A stretch of DNA of 64,000 nucleotides from an uncultured Verrucomicrobiae bacterium (GTDB lineage Bacteria > Verrucomicrobiota > Verrucomicrobiia > Palsa-1439), in NCBI GenBank assembly GCA_963812605.1, contig CAWEWF010000001.1, positions 352,001-416,000 on the forward strand. Reading direction: 5' to 3'. Position numbers and translations under genes: made by a program. Below the pieces are notes generated by a model that was not told the DNA's origin, did not search any database, and saw only the letters and a list, made by a program, of their open reading frames with translations. How positions within the stretch are numbered: position 1 is the first letter of the stretch; each line of letters starts with the position of its first letter. Positions 1-10,447 of the stretch are shown one piece after another.

Positions 1-253
1 ACGGGTTCCACAACGGCAAATGGCCATGACGGAGTTGATCCGCAGCAAACGCGTACCAGTAGATGAACTGTGAGGCCAGATCGTTCTGTCCACCCGAAAG
101 CACGACGGGCTTGGTCGTAAACAGCACATCACCAAACATGCACAGCGTCAAGACCAACAGAATGGCGGTCCCAATCCAGAAGTGGACCGAGCGATTTGAT
201 TTATTTGACCAGAGAAAACTCAAAGTAGTTCCACGAGTTATTCTCTTCTCCAT
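1..253 (-). CDS. 5' part of YfhO-like membrane protein (putative GT-C glycosyltransferase), runs off window edge
   Basis: Not in ORF track; read manually from ATG at 253: MEKRITRGTTLSFLW...AILLVLTLCMFGDVLF...GQNDLASQFIYWYAFAADQLRHGHLPLWNP; TM helix then G.D...GHLPLWNP motif typical of YfhO-family N-termini. Confidence 0.65.
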   Translation of the reverse strand, partial: MEKRITRGTTLSFLWSNKSNRSVHFWIGTAILLVLTLCMFGDVLFTTKPVVLSGGQNDLASQFIYWYAFAADQLRHGHLPLWNP

Positions 254-364
254 AACTGAACTGCCTGACAATTGCCAACTCTTGTTGCCTCTGTCGCGGC
301 CGCTGTGTGGACGGCAGCCTATGAATGACTTGCGATTTCAATACAGGAGTTCTAAACAGAAGTC

Positions 365-1607
365 ATGACGTTAGCCCAAAGGCCAACAGCTTCGCGGTGG
401 CCGCGGCTCGTTGAATTTCTCGGTTTGCGGCGCAGTCTGGTCGGACTGCTGAGCATGGTGGTGCTGGTGGGGATGGGCGAGCACATGGCCGAGCAGTTCC
501 TGCCGCTCTACTTGCTTACACTTGGCGGCGGCTTCATTTCGGTCGGATTCCTCAACGGGATGGACAACCTGCTCGGCGCGCTCTATTCGTTTCCCGGCGG
601 CTATCTCTCGGACCGATTGGGCACGAAGCGGGCCCTGCTCGTATTCAATATCGCGTCCATGGTCGGCTTTGTCATCGTGATCCTGGTCCCCACGTGGCCG
701 GCGGTGCTGGGTGGCGCGGCCCTGTTTCTGTCATGGACGGCCATCTCCCTGCCCGCGACGATGAGCCTGGTGGCCCGGGTGTTGCCGAAGAACAAGCGGA
801 CGATGGGCGTCTCATTGCACTCGCTCGTGAGGCGTTTTCCGATGGCGATCGGGCCGATTGTCGGCGGCGCGTTTATCAACGCCTGGGGAGTCGAACGGGG
901 AGTGCGACTGGCTTTTATCGGGGCGCTGACGATGGCGGTGGTCGCGGTGGTGCTTGCAACAGACGTTGATTGAGGACGACTCGCCGGTTGATAAAAAGGA
1001 GGCCGAACACAACCCGGTGCGCATGTGGCGGTACGTGAACGCCGACCTGAAGCAATTGTTGGTCGCCGACATCCTCGTGCGATTTTGCGAACAAATCCCG
1101 TATGCGTTCGTCGTGGTGTGGGCCGTCGGCACCGCGAAGGCGCCCGGACCGGTCACGGCGCTGCAATTCGGCGTGCTGCGCGCCGTCGAGATGGCAACGG
1201 CAGTGGCCATCTATCTACCCGTCGCCTACTTTGCCGACCGCAGTCACAAGAAACCGTTTGTGGTGATGACATTCGTGTTTTTTACACTCTTTCCCCTGCT
1301 CCTGCTGTATTCCAAATCCTTCGAGACGCTGCTGGTGGCGTTTGTACTGCGGGGGCTGAAGGAATTCGGCGAGCCGACACGCAAGGCGCTGATCATGGAC
1401 CTTGCACCCGAGGACCGAAAGGCGGGCGTGTTCGGTCTCTACTATCTGATTCGCGATGTGATCGTGTCCATCGCCGCATTCGGCGGCGCATTTCTGTGGC
1501 AGGTAAATCCGCGCGTCAACCTGCTCGCGGCGTTTGCGTTTGGCGCACTGGGCACTATTTGGTTTGCCCTGCGCGGGCGCGATCTCGGACGATCCAATCT
1601 TGAGTGA
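365..1607 (+). CDS. MFS transporter, one frameshift near 955
   Basis: ORFs 365..973 and 954..1607 are the two MFS halves; motif A GYLSDRLGTK and second-half FADRSHKK; removing one base at gtgcttgcaacag joins them. Confidence 0.85.
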
Positions 1608-1682
1608 TGCGCCCATGTAACACGGAAATGACGGTTCCGATTTTGCTTTTAGCGCGCCCACAATTGCGGGAATAATTTGTTT

Positions 1683-3489
1683 ATGGGATCAGCTTCCGGG
1701 TTAAATCGGCGCGTCGAGTTACCGGCCAGCCACGCGGTGAATTTTCGGCTGGGATGGATTTCGTTATTGGCGAGCGGCATCGGCATCGCCGCGGGATTGA
1801 TCGCCTACTTGTTGCTCAAACTGATCGGCTTGTTCACCAATCGTATTCTTCTTCCACCGAATTTCGGCGGAGTTCACCAGTCCGATGGCGCACCATCTTG
1901 GGGCGTGGGTGATCCTGTTGCCGGCGGCGGGCGGGATTGTGATTGGACTCATGGCCAAGTACGGCACATCCAAGATCAAAGGTCACGGCATTCCCGAGGC
2001 GATGGAGGCCGTACTGACGAGCCGCAGTCGGATCCACCCGAAGGTCGCCATTCTCAAACCGCTCTCGGTGGCGGTGGCCATTGGCACCGGAGGACCTTTT
2101 GGGGCGGAAGGCCCGATTATCCAGACCGGAGGAGCGGTCGGGTCGTTGGTGGGCCAGCTCTTTCATATGACCGCCGCCGAACGCAAAGTCTTGCTGGCTT
2201 GTGGCGCGGGAGCCGGGATGTCGGCGACATTTAACACGCCGATTGCGGGCGTGATCCTGGCGATTGAACTGCTCCTGTTCGAGTTTCGGTCGCGCTCTTT
2301 CATTCCGCTGGTGGTCGCGAGCACGCTGGCGACCGCCACGCGATTTGTGGTGATGGGACGGAGCGCTATGTTCGAGATCGGCAACGTGGATTTTGGTGTC
2401 CCTTCCAATTTGCTCTACTACCTCTTGCTCGGCGTGGTTTGCGGATTTGCGGCGGTGGGGTTCAGCCGGGCGTTGTATTGGGTCGAGGATCGATTCGAGC
2501 AATTGCCCATCGGTGAATTCTGGTGGCCCGCCATCGGCGGTCTCGCGCTGGGGATCATCGGGTTTTTCATGCCGCGCGTATTCGGCGTCGGCTACGACAC
2601 GATCTCGGGGATTTTGAACGACAAGTTTACGCTGGGCTTGCTGCTGGGCATCATGGTCTTCAAGGCGCTGGCGTTGCTCGTGTCGCTGGGTTCCGGGACC
2701 TCCGGTGGGTTGCTGGCGCCCATGTTCATGACCAGCGCGGCAATGGGCGCCGCCTTTGCCATGGGATTGAATTACTACATCCCCGGGGCGCATCTGGCTC
2801 CCGGCGCGTTTGCCCTTGTGGCCATGGGAGCGGTGTTCGGAGCGGCGGCGAATGCGACGTTTACCTTTATTATTTTTGCCTTCGAAATCACCCGCGACTA
2901 CAACTCGGTCTTGCCGCTGATGCTGGTCAGCGTTATTGCCAGCGGCATCGCCCGGCGATTCATGAAGCACTCGATCATGACGGAAAAGCTGGCGCGGCGC
3001 GGCCTGCATGTCCATCAGGATTATGAGGCCAACGTCTTTCAGCAGGTGCTGGTCGGCGAGGTGATGATCAAGGAACCGCCCACGGTTTCCTCCGAAATGA
3101 AGGTGGCGGAATTGGTCGACCGGATCGCGCGGAGCGACCCTCAATTCCATCGCCATCAAGCGGCTCTGGTTCTCGATAAAGCGGATCGGTTGGTGGGTAT
3201 TATCACGCGGGGCGACATGATCGAGTTGCTCAAGGAGAATCCAGCGGGTGACGTCACAGTCGGGGACGTTTGCAGCGCGAATCTGGTGGTGACCTATCCC
3301 GACGAGAACGTGTCGGATGCGATGACAAAGCTGCACACCAACGCGGTCGGTCGCCTGCCCGTGGTTCGCCGCGAGTCACCGCACGCATTGGTTGGCTATC
3401 TCGGTCGCGCCGAAGTGATGGCCGCGCGTACGCGTCGCCATGAAGAAGAGCACGTGCGCGAACCCGGTTGGCTCAGCCGCACCGCCTAG
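1683..3489 (+). CDS. ClC-family chloride channel/antiporter with C-terminal CBS pair, frameshift near 1842
   Basis: GHGIPE, GAEGP and GGLLAP motifs; CBS pair (LVGIITRGD, GRLPVV); N-terminal TM in ORF 1677 joins ORF 1885..3489 after removing one base. Confidence 0.9.
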
Positions 3490-3512
3490 CGGCAGTCATC
3501 TGGGGCGTGGGA

Positions 3513-4787
3513 TCATTCGAGGCCCGCAACTTCAGCGTCAAAGAGCGTTAGCTGTTTTCCGCTCTCCACCTCGATCTTCGAGTCCGTGAACCGAATTCCC
3601 CTGGCATGGTAGATCTTCAGGCCGGTCTTCGCTGAGATGGTTACGTTCGACAGCGTCACGTCGGTAACCGGTGCTTCCGGCAAACCCCGGATTGTTCCGG
3701 CGGTTGGGCAGTTTGTCGCGGTCACATTGCGGATGATGATATTCCTGTTGATGGGCGTACGGTCCGTGATCGGCTCGGCTTTTTCGGTCGCCGGATCCTG
3801 GGGCGCTTCCCGCTCTGGATACCAGTCGATGATATAGATGGGATTTTTCACCGCGGTCATCGTCAGGTTTTCATATGTGAGATTGCTGCAACAAACCACC
3901 GCGCTCGCGCGCCGTTTTGATGCGAATACCGGCGTCGGTCCCCTCAAAGGAACAATTGCTGACCCGCAGGTCCTCAATGCCCACCGGAAGTTCCCGAGCC
4001 AATCGACATTCCGTGACCATGCAAGAACTTGCAGTTCGTGATCGTGTAATTCTTGTTACCAGGAGTACGGCCGCTACCGGGTTTCACGGCAATATTGTCG
4101 TCCCCAGCGTCGATCGTGCAGTCAGTGATGAGATAATTCCATCCCGAAGGATCGATCCCGTCCGTGTTGTGAGCATGGCCTGGCGACTTGATGGTAATCC
4201 CCTGGATCGTCACCTCCATGCAATTTTGCGGCACCAAGTGAAACATCGGTGAATTGCTCAGGGTGACCCCCTGGACGAGCACGCGCGTGCAATTGGAAAG
4301 TTTGACCATATAGGGTCGGTGCGTCATGGAATGGTCCGCCTCGAACGCCGCCCACCAGGCTCTGCCCTGGCCGTCGATTGTTCCTGCCCCGCTGATTTCA
4401 ATGTCCTGCGCATCGGTGGCAGAAATGCAATCCTGATACCGCGCCTTGGCGATGGGGTAGTTCGTCATATCGTCGCTAATCAGGATCATCGCCCCGCTGG
4501 TCAGGTGTAAGTTGATGCGGCTGGCGAGCGTGAATGGACCGGTGAGAAATTTACCTTCCGGGATTAAAACGATTCCACCTCCCGCTTTGGAAGCCGCATC
4601 AATCGTCTTCTGGATGGCGATGGTATTCATCGTCTGGCCATCCCCGACTGCCCCATAGTCGGTCACGAGGAATGTATTCGTTGGAATTACCGGGAAGCGG
4701 CGGGTTTTGTGCGGAAGCGGTTGCCGCAAACGCGAAGCAGAAGGCCAGCGCGAGGGCAGAAGCGTGCGGATTGTTCATGGCAGTCAT
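3513..4787 (-). CDS. Secreted glycoside hydrolase family 28 (polygalacturonase-like), frameshifts near 4692 and 3980
   Basis: Signal peptide in ORF 4599..4787; VTDYGAVGDG, NTDGID, GDDNIAVK and GHGMSIGS motifs in 3974..4729; beta-helix C-terminus in 3513..3977. Confidence 0.9.
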
Positions 4788-5806
4788 TCCTTTTTCTCCG
4801 ACTCGTAAACGAGTCCAATCGATTTGCGCCAGCGGTCGAGCGCCTGCATGTTGCCCAGCGAATCATTCCAACTCATCGCGGGCGCCTGGCGTTGTTCAAC
4901 GTGCTCGGCGACGTGATCGGCTTCAATCGCATAGGCGGGCTGCGTTGATTCCACGATGATCTCCTGTTGCGGTTCGCCCTTGCGTTCGATAAACAGCCTG
5001 CTCGTCGTGCCATCGTTGATCTGCGTCCACGGTGCGGGCACGAAGATATTTCCATTCGAGCCGCAGATGCGCAGCGTATTGTGTTGCTGCACTTCGACGC
5101 TGGTGGCCAGGGCCGCGAGGATGTCGCCGGGGAATTTCAGCGAGGCGGTGGCCCACGTGTCGACGCCGGTCGACGCCAAATGTCCAACGCCTTTCACCTC
5201 AAGCGGGTCTGCGAACGGCTGGCCGGCAGCGATGCCCGCGACGAGACGTGACATGGACATCGGATAACAACCGACATCGAGGATGCTGCCGCCGCCGAGG
5301 GCGTTCTTGAACAGGCGGGCTTCGGGATTGAAATCCCTGTGAAAACCGAAAGACGCATGGATGACCCGCACCTCGCCGATGATTTTCTTGCGAAGAAGTT
5401 CGATGAGTTTTGCGGTCTGCGGATGGCAGCGGTACATGAACGCTTCCATGAGAAAGACATCATGCTTTCGCGCCGCGTCGACGACCGCCAGCGCTTCCGA
5501 GTGGTTCAGTGTCAACGGCTTTTCGCAGAGAATGTGTTTGCCGGCCTTGGCGGCCTTGAGGCACCACTCGGCGTGCAGGGAGTGCGGCGTGGAGATGTAG
5601 ACTGCCTGCACCTGGGAATCGGCGAGCAACGCGTCGTACGTGTTGTAGCCACTCGGTACGTGATACTCGGCGGCGAACTTGTCGGCACTTGCCTGCGAAC
5701 GGCTGCCAACGGCAGCAAGTTTACCGGTTTTGGATTGGGAAAGCTGCTTGGCGAAGATGCCGGCAATTCGACCGGTTCCCAGAATGCCCCACGAAAGCGA
5801 GTTCAT
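4784..5806 (-). CDS. Gfo/Idh/MocA family NAD(P)-dependent oxidoreductase
   Basis: WGILGTGRIA Rossmann motif, HILCEKP, GGGSILDVGCY. Confidence 0.93.
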   Translation of the reverse strand: MNSLSWGILGTGRIAGIFAKQLSQSKTGKLAAVGSRSQASADKFAAEYHVPSGYNTYDALLADSQVQAVYISTPHSLHAEWCLKAAKAGKHILCEKPLTLNHSEALAVVDAARKHDVFLMEAFMYRCHPQTAKLIELLRKKIIGEVRVIHASFGFHRDFNPEARLFKNALGGGSILDVGCYPMSMSRLVAGIAAGQPFADPLEVKGVGHLASTGVDTWATASLKFPGDILAALATSVEVQQHNTLRICGSNGNIFVPAPWTQINDGTTSRLFIERKGEPQQEIIVESTQPAYAIEADHVAEHVEQRQAPAMSWNDSLGNMQALDRWRKSIGLVYESEKKE

Positions 5807-5874
5807 GACGGGAGAGTCCTAGGACGGTTTACGACGGTCGACAAGGAAAAAGTGGCGTGACTTGCCGCCGACCG

Positions 5875-6264
5875 TCAACTGCAAGTCTTCACGGTCGTGC
5901 GAAGGGCGCGCTCGATCGTATTGGCGAATTCCTGGAAATTGATCGGCTTGGTGTGGTAGGCAAAAGCCCCGAGACTCAGCGCTTTATCCGTCGTGCATTG
6001 TTCCGTGTGACCCGTGATGATGATGACCGGAACATCGGGAAACGCTTTTTTCGCCAGCGCCAAGAATTCCATGCCGTTGATGCCGGGCATGGCGAGGTCT
6101 GTGATGATCACGTCGAAACGGTTCCTGGTGCCGGCCACATAATCCATGGCCGCCTGGGAATTGGAAGCTCCAGCCACCACATAACCAAAGTGGTTCAGCA
6201 ACTTGGACAGCGACGCCAAAACCTCAATGTCGTCGTCCACGAGCAGGATCGTAGGGCTTGCCAT
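5875..6264 (-). CDS. Single-domain response regulator (receiver)
   Basis: ILLVDDD, ITDLAMPGING, IIITG, TKP. Confidence 0.92.
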   Translation of the reverse strand: MASPTILLVDDDIEVLASLSKLLNHFGYVVAGASNSQAAMDYVAGTRNRFDVIITDLAMPGINGMEFLALAKKAFPDVPVIIITGHTEQCTTDKALSLGAFAYHTKPINFQEFANTIERALRTTVKTCS

Positions 6265-6374
6265 GGCTACAGTAGATTCACATCAAAGATGAATTAATAG
6301 CACCAGCCGTGCCGGGAGGCAAACTCACAAGTGGATTGCCACAATCAGGTTACGGCGACGCATGCGACGCCAAT

Positions 6375-8549
6375 TTATTTCTCCGTCACTTCGTACCAAA
6401 GCGTCTTGTGTTCCGGACCGATGACAAGAACGGCGTGGCCACCTTCATCCGGCTCCAGGGAAAGTGGCTCCTTGTGTTCTCCGCGCTCGTCGAGCGCCCA
6501 GCCCTTTGCTTTTTTCGCGGACAATGGCATGGTGATACGGGCTGGGATTCCCTCGATCAACGACGGGGCCTTGCCCCAGTTGCGGCCAACGCTGGAATGC
6601 TCGGCGTTTTTCCACTGCATCGCGGTATTCTCGGCGGAGCCCGTTGCGGTCACCAACCAACAACCCGATTGCAACTCAGTGACGGTGATTGCGCACCATC
6701 CGTTCTGGCGCGTGGCGCCCGGCTCGATTACCGTGCCGTCGAGATCGAACCGTTTCCCTCCGCCGAAGCCGATGACCGCCTTGCTCTTGGCCGTGTTCAC
6801 CGTGATGACTCCGCAACCTTTCTCGCTTGCGTCCCACACGAGTTCGCCGGTGTCCGAGACAAAGCGGCTGGAGGTGAGCAAGTCTTTCCGGATCCCAGGC
6901 GAGGAAACCCTTCCGGTAACATCGATTGCGACGCGATGGACCAACGGTGTTTCCCGCGGCACGCCGAGTAGGCTGGCATCGATCAATCCCCAGGCGTGGG
7001 CACGCCGCAAGAGATCCGCGTCGCGTTCTCCATCAAGCGCAACGACAACCTGCTCCTGGGCGGGGCGCACATCGCCGCGCACGAACATCGCCATGGCGGG
7101 AACCAAGGTGGCCATCTTCGTCGGATGCTGGTCGATGTCAAAGAAGCTCGTGATGTGTTGCGTGTCCCAGTCATCATGGCGATGGGAATAGGCGAACGCG
7201 TAGATGGCATCCCAGTCCTGCAAAGCGGCGTACGCGGCGAGCAACAGGAAGCCTTCACTGCCATAGGTGTTCGGTGCGGGATGATTGTACTCCGTGACGC
7301 AGTGCGGTTTGCCAAGCACGCGATGCAGCGCCAGTGTGGGAAGCGTGCCGCCGCGTTCATTGACCATCGTGACATTCGGCACGAGCCAGTTTTCATCGTC
7401 CCACGATTTACCCGGAAACTGTGGATGTTGCCAGTAGGCATGCGTGTCCACCGCGTCGAACCTCGCCATCAGGTCGGGTGTGCTGCACCCGACGATGGTG
7501 CCCATCACCACAGCGTGGACACGCAGTTCATTCTTTAGAAAATCATCCATCGATTGCCAGTAATGATCTTCCGTTTCCGAAAGAAATCGCATCCAATCCC
7601 GCTGCGCCTCGGCGGTGCATTTGTCCCACTGCGCCTTCGTGAACATGGGCAGCGTTCCGTCCTCGATATGTTCCGCATCGGCCAACCCGGCCACGCTGTT
7701 GGGCAACTCGCTCTTTGCGCCCCACACGGCGCGAAGTTTTTCCGTGGAGCGGTAGCGGTCGCGCAGCCACTCGTTCCACTGGCGCCGCAAGTCGCGCGCA
7801 AAAACTTCCGGCAAACCGTCAAGTTGTCCACCCAGCCACGAGTGCGCCAACCCATTCTCATTGTTGATCTCGATGAAAGCGACGGCCGGGTCTTCGGTGT
7901 AGGCCAGGCCGGTCACGACGTTACGATGAGTCAAAAGCTTGCGCGCGTACTCTTTCTGGAGTTCGAGCAGCGGGGCGTAAAAGAAGCCGACACTGGCCCG
8001 TTCTTTCAACTCCAGTTTTTCGATCTCGATGGGCAGCCCGTCCGCGGCGTTGAAGGGACGCAACACGAGCAGGTTAAGGTTCGCGTAAATCCCGTGGCGC
8101 TTCAGCGCGGCGATGAAATAATCGAGACGGTCCAAGGCTTCCGGATCGAGTTGGCGTGTCGATTTGTCGTCGCGGGCACGAATGCCGCCGGGGAACGGCT
8201 GCATGTCCATGTGATGGAACCGCACGACATTGATGCCGAATTTCGCCAGGCGCGCGGCGATCTTCTCGGCGTCATCGTGCCTTGGGAAATTCGCGCCAAA
8301 GCAGAAGTTTACGCCAAAGAAACGGATCCGCTGACGGCCCGCGTACAGATGACCGTCTTTCTCCGCATGGATGAAGCCGCGCTTTCCGGCAGGCGCTTCG
8401 AGCCAGCCGCTCAAGTCTGTCAGACTCGGCGTGGCGTCGTTCCACGGCAGGACAAACGGGAACACGGAAGCATCTTCCTGCGCCTTGCCGCTCGGAGTTG
8501 AGATGGACCCAAGAAAGAACGCAACGCCAAGGAGCAGGATTCGTCTCAT
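6375..8549 (-). CDS. Secreted GH5-like (clan A) glycoside hydrolase
   Basis: Signal peptide MRRILLLGVAFF (ATG 8549); RFFGVN, VVRFHHMD, acid/base EINNEN, nucleophile VTEYNH. Confidence 0.8.
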   Translation of the reverse strand: MRRILLLGVAFFLGSISTPSGKAQEDASVFPFVLPWNDATPSLTDLSGWLEAPAGKRGFIHAEKDGHLYAGRQRIRFFGVNFCFGANFPRHDDAEKIAARLAKFGINVVRFHHMDMQPFPGGIRARDDKSTRQLDPEALDRLDYFIAALKRHGIYANLNLLVLRPFNAADGLPIEIEKLELKERASVGFFYAPLLELQKEYARKLLTHRNVVTGLAYTEDPAVAFIEINNENGLAHSWLGGQLDGLPEVFARDLRRQWNEWLRDRYRSTEKLRAVWGAKSELPNSVAGLADAEHIEDGTLPMFTKAQWDKCTAEAQRDWMRFLSETEDHYWQSMDDFLKNELRVHAVVMGTIVGCSTPDLMARFDAVDTHAYWQHPQFPGKSWDDENWLVPNVTMVNERGGTLPTLALHRVLGKPHCVTEYNHPAPNTYGSEGFLLLAAYAALQDWDAIYAFAYSHRHDDWDTQHITSFFDIDQHPTKMATLVPAMAMFVRGDVRPAQEQVVVALDGERDADLLRRAHAWGLIDASLLGVPRETPLVHRVAIDVTGRVSSPGIRKDLLTSSRFVSDTGELVWDASEKGCGVITVNTAKSKAVIGFGGGKRFDLDGTVIEPGATRQNGWCAITVTELQSGCWLVTATGSAENTAMQWKNAEHSSVGRNWGKAPSLIEGIPARITMPLSAKKAKGWALDERGEHKEPLSLEPDEGGHAVLVIGPEHKTLWYEVTEK

Positions 8550-8559
8550 CGCGCTGTGT

Positions 8560-9933
8560 TCAACGTTCCACAAGAAATGCCAAATCGTCCTGCCGGTTTC
8601 CGGCTCCGTCACCCTTTTCACCGATGCTGTATACGACGTACCCGGGCGCGAGTTTCTTGTAGCGCAGCGGTTGGCCGTCGAACGGATCGGTCGGCACCCC
8701 GCTGCTGCCGAACGGCGTAAGTTCCGCGACGGTCTGGGGCAGTTGATGATCATGGGAAACGCGGAAGCGCTCGATGGCGATGGCGATCCGCGCGGACCGG
8801 AGGCGGGCGGTGACGGCCGCGTCTTTCAAGATGACGCGGGAGCCATTCATGCCGCGCAACCATCCGCGGGAGAATGCGTGCAACCCATCCTGTTGTTCGA
8901 GAGACTGACGCAACACCTGCGCGGCGGCGATTCTCTCCGGAAAGTCTGTCTGGGCGGTTTGAATATAACGATCCATCGACTGTAAATAATTCAATTCGTC
9001 CCACTGGAGAAATCCGCAGGAGTCGTACAAATATTGGGGCGAACTGAAAAAAATGGCTACATTTAGAAAAAGTCTTTGACTGAGTGGGCGCGACCGGCCA
9101 GCCGGAAGAGCGATCAGGTCCGTGGTATCCCGCATCATATTAAAACCCTGGATGCCAATGCACCGTTGGCCGATGAACGCGCGGGCCAGCCCACGTTGGT
9201 CGTCGGCTTTCTCCAGAGCGACGGCAAGGGCGGCCAACTGCTCGTCCGTCAGGCGGGTCTTATTCAGGATGTGCTGGAGACTGCTGACCGCGATTTTTTG
9301 GGTCTCGATCCGCGCCAGATGGGAACGCACCAGCGGTTCTTTCGCGAGCGACCGCGACAAGGCGAACGATGACTCGACGGAGAGGATCGCCAACTCCGGG
9401 CTGGTGTCCTCGGCGTGATTGGCGGCATCGGTCTGCAACAGGTAGGCGCTGCGAACGGCATTCGCCAGATGCGGATAGGGCATGATCGAAAGTTTGCCCA
9501 AATTGATCGGGAACCGGCTTCGCGGAATGTTGGAAGCCTGATGCAACAAGGCCAGCGCCTCAATGTTCCCGCTAAGGTAACCCGCCATCGTTTGTTTGCC
9601 CGGGTCTGCTGATGACCCGTCCGCCGGTGGAAGATCGATGGATTTGTCATCCAACAAGAGGGATGGATTGAATTGGCCGGACAGACTTGCGAACGCCTTG
9701 CCGAAAACCAGCGCACTATTCTCTTCCACCGGAACCCGCGGGTACCACCGATCCAGCTCCGCCAGTGTGACGGGGTAATTGCGCTCGTGGATGGCGGCCA
9801 TTTCGGAGGCAAGAAGACGATTGAGAATCAATCGCCAGGCGATGAACAAGACAGAGAAAGCCAGTGCGACAAGAGAGAGGCGCCGCCGCCAGTACTTCCA
9901 CCGCGAACCAGGTAACCGAATGCCTGCGCTCAC
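8560..9933 (-). CDS. Membrane-anchored hypothetical protein, paralog of 15260..16591
   Basis: N-terminal TM, YPVTLAELDRWYP motif, C-terminal DPFDGQPLRYKKL..GYVVYSIG. Confidence 0.8.
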   Translation of the reverse strand: MSAGIRLPGSRWKYWRRRLSLVALAFSVLFIAWRLILNRLLASEMAAIHERNYPVTLAELDRWYPRVPVEENSALVFGKAFASLSGQFNPSLLLDDKSIDLPPADGSSADPGKQTMAGYLSGNIEALALLHQASNIPRSRFPINLGKLSIMPYPHLANAVRSAYLLQTDAANHAEDTSPELAILSVESSFALSRSLAKEPLVRSHLARIETQKIAVSSLQHILNKTRLTDEQLAALAVALEKADDQRGLARAFIGQRCIGIQGFNMMRDTTDLIALPAGRSRPLSQRLFLNVAIFFSSPQYLYDSCGFLQWDELNYLQSMDRYIQTAQTDFPERIAAAQVLRQSLEQQDGLHAFSRGWLRGMNGSRVILKDAAVTARLRSARIAIAIERFRVSHDHQLPQTVAELTPFGSSGVPTDPFDGQPLRYKKLAPGYVVYSIGEKGDGAGNRQDDLAFLVER

Positions 9934-9952
9934 ATGTGGATTCTAGCATCAA

Positions 9953-10345
9953 TTAGAGCCAAACGAAAGCCTCATCATCGGGGATTGGAGCGGGAGGGTT
10001 GCGATCGGACTCGGTGGCACTCGTCATTGATGCCACGGTCGACGCAACAACGGCATCCACAGCCCCATCAAATTTAGTCGGTGGATTCTTCGGTTTGGGG
10101 GGCCGGGTTGGCGATACGGATGGGACCGGGCTGGCGCCCAGCACTTGTACCGCTGGGCCTTGTTCAAATCCGAGCTCATGCGCCAGGATGCCGAGCAACC
10201 GGCGGGTCGGCCCGCTGGGATTACGGCGCTGGTGTTCGAGGTATTTCACCTGTTTGATCGAGACACCAAGCCACAGAGCAAATTGGGCCTGGGTCATGCT
10301 GGCATGCTTGCGCAAAGCCAGAATACGGCTTGCTCCCCATTCCAT
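9953..10345 (-). CDS. XRE-family helix-turn-helix protein with Pro-rich tail
   Basis: ILALRKHASMTQAQFALWLGVSIKQVKYLEHQRRNP matches the HTH_3 pattern. Confidence 0.8.
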   Translation of the reverse strand: MEWGASRILALRKHASMTQAQFALWLGVSIKQVKYLEHQRRNPSGPTRRLLGILAHELGFEQGPAVQVLGASPVPSVSPTRPPKPKNPPTKFDGAVDAVVASTVASMTSATESDRNPPAPIPDDEAFVWL

Positions 10346-10447
10346 CGTTCTGCATGAGGGAACTGCGTTCCCCCACCTCCTTGTGACATATGGGTAACAA
10401 AGTTCGTTCTCTGATGCAACCCTGAAATGCAGTCGGGTGACTATTTT

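Noticed and set aside
63-368. 101-aa plus-strand ORF at window start
   Set aside because: Overlaps the better supported minus-strand YfhO-like gene.
1608-1682. Fluoride riboswitch / CLC-F upstream of the ClC gene
   Set aside because: No GGCGATGG...CGCC core seen, and the protein has GHGIPE/GAEGP rather than CLC-F GNN/GREGT motifs.
1834-3336. Long antisense ORFs (also 26113..27654, 33048..34253, 59472..60623)
   Set aside because: Shadows of real genes caused by high-GC codon bias; no motifs.
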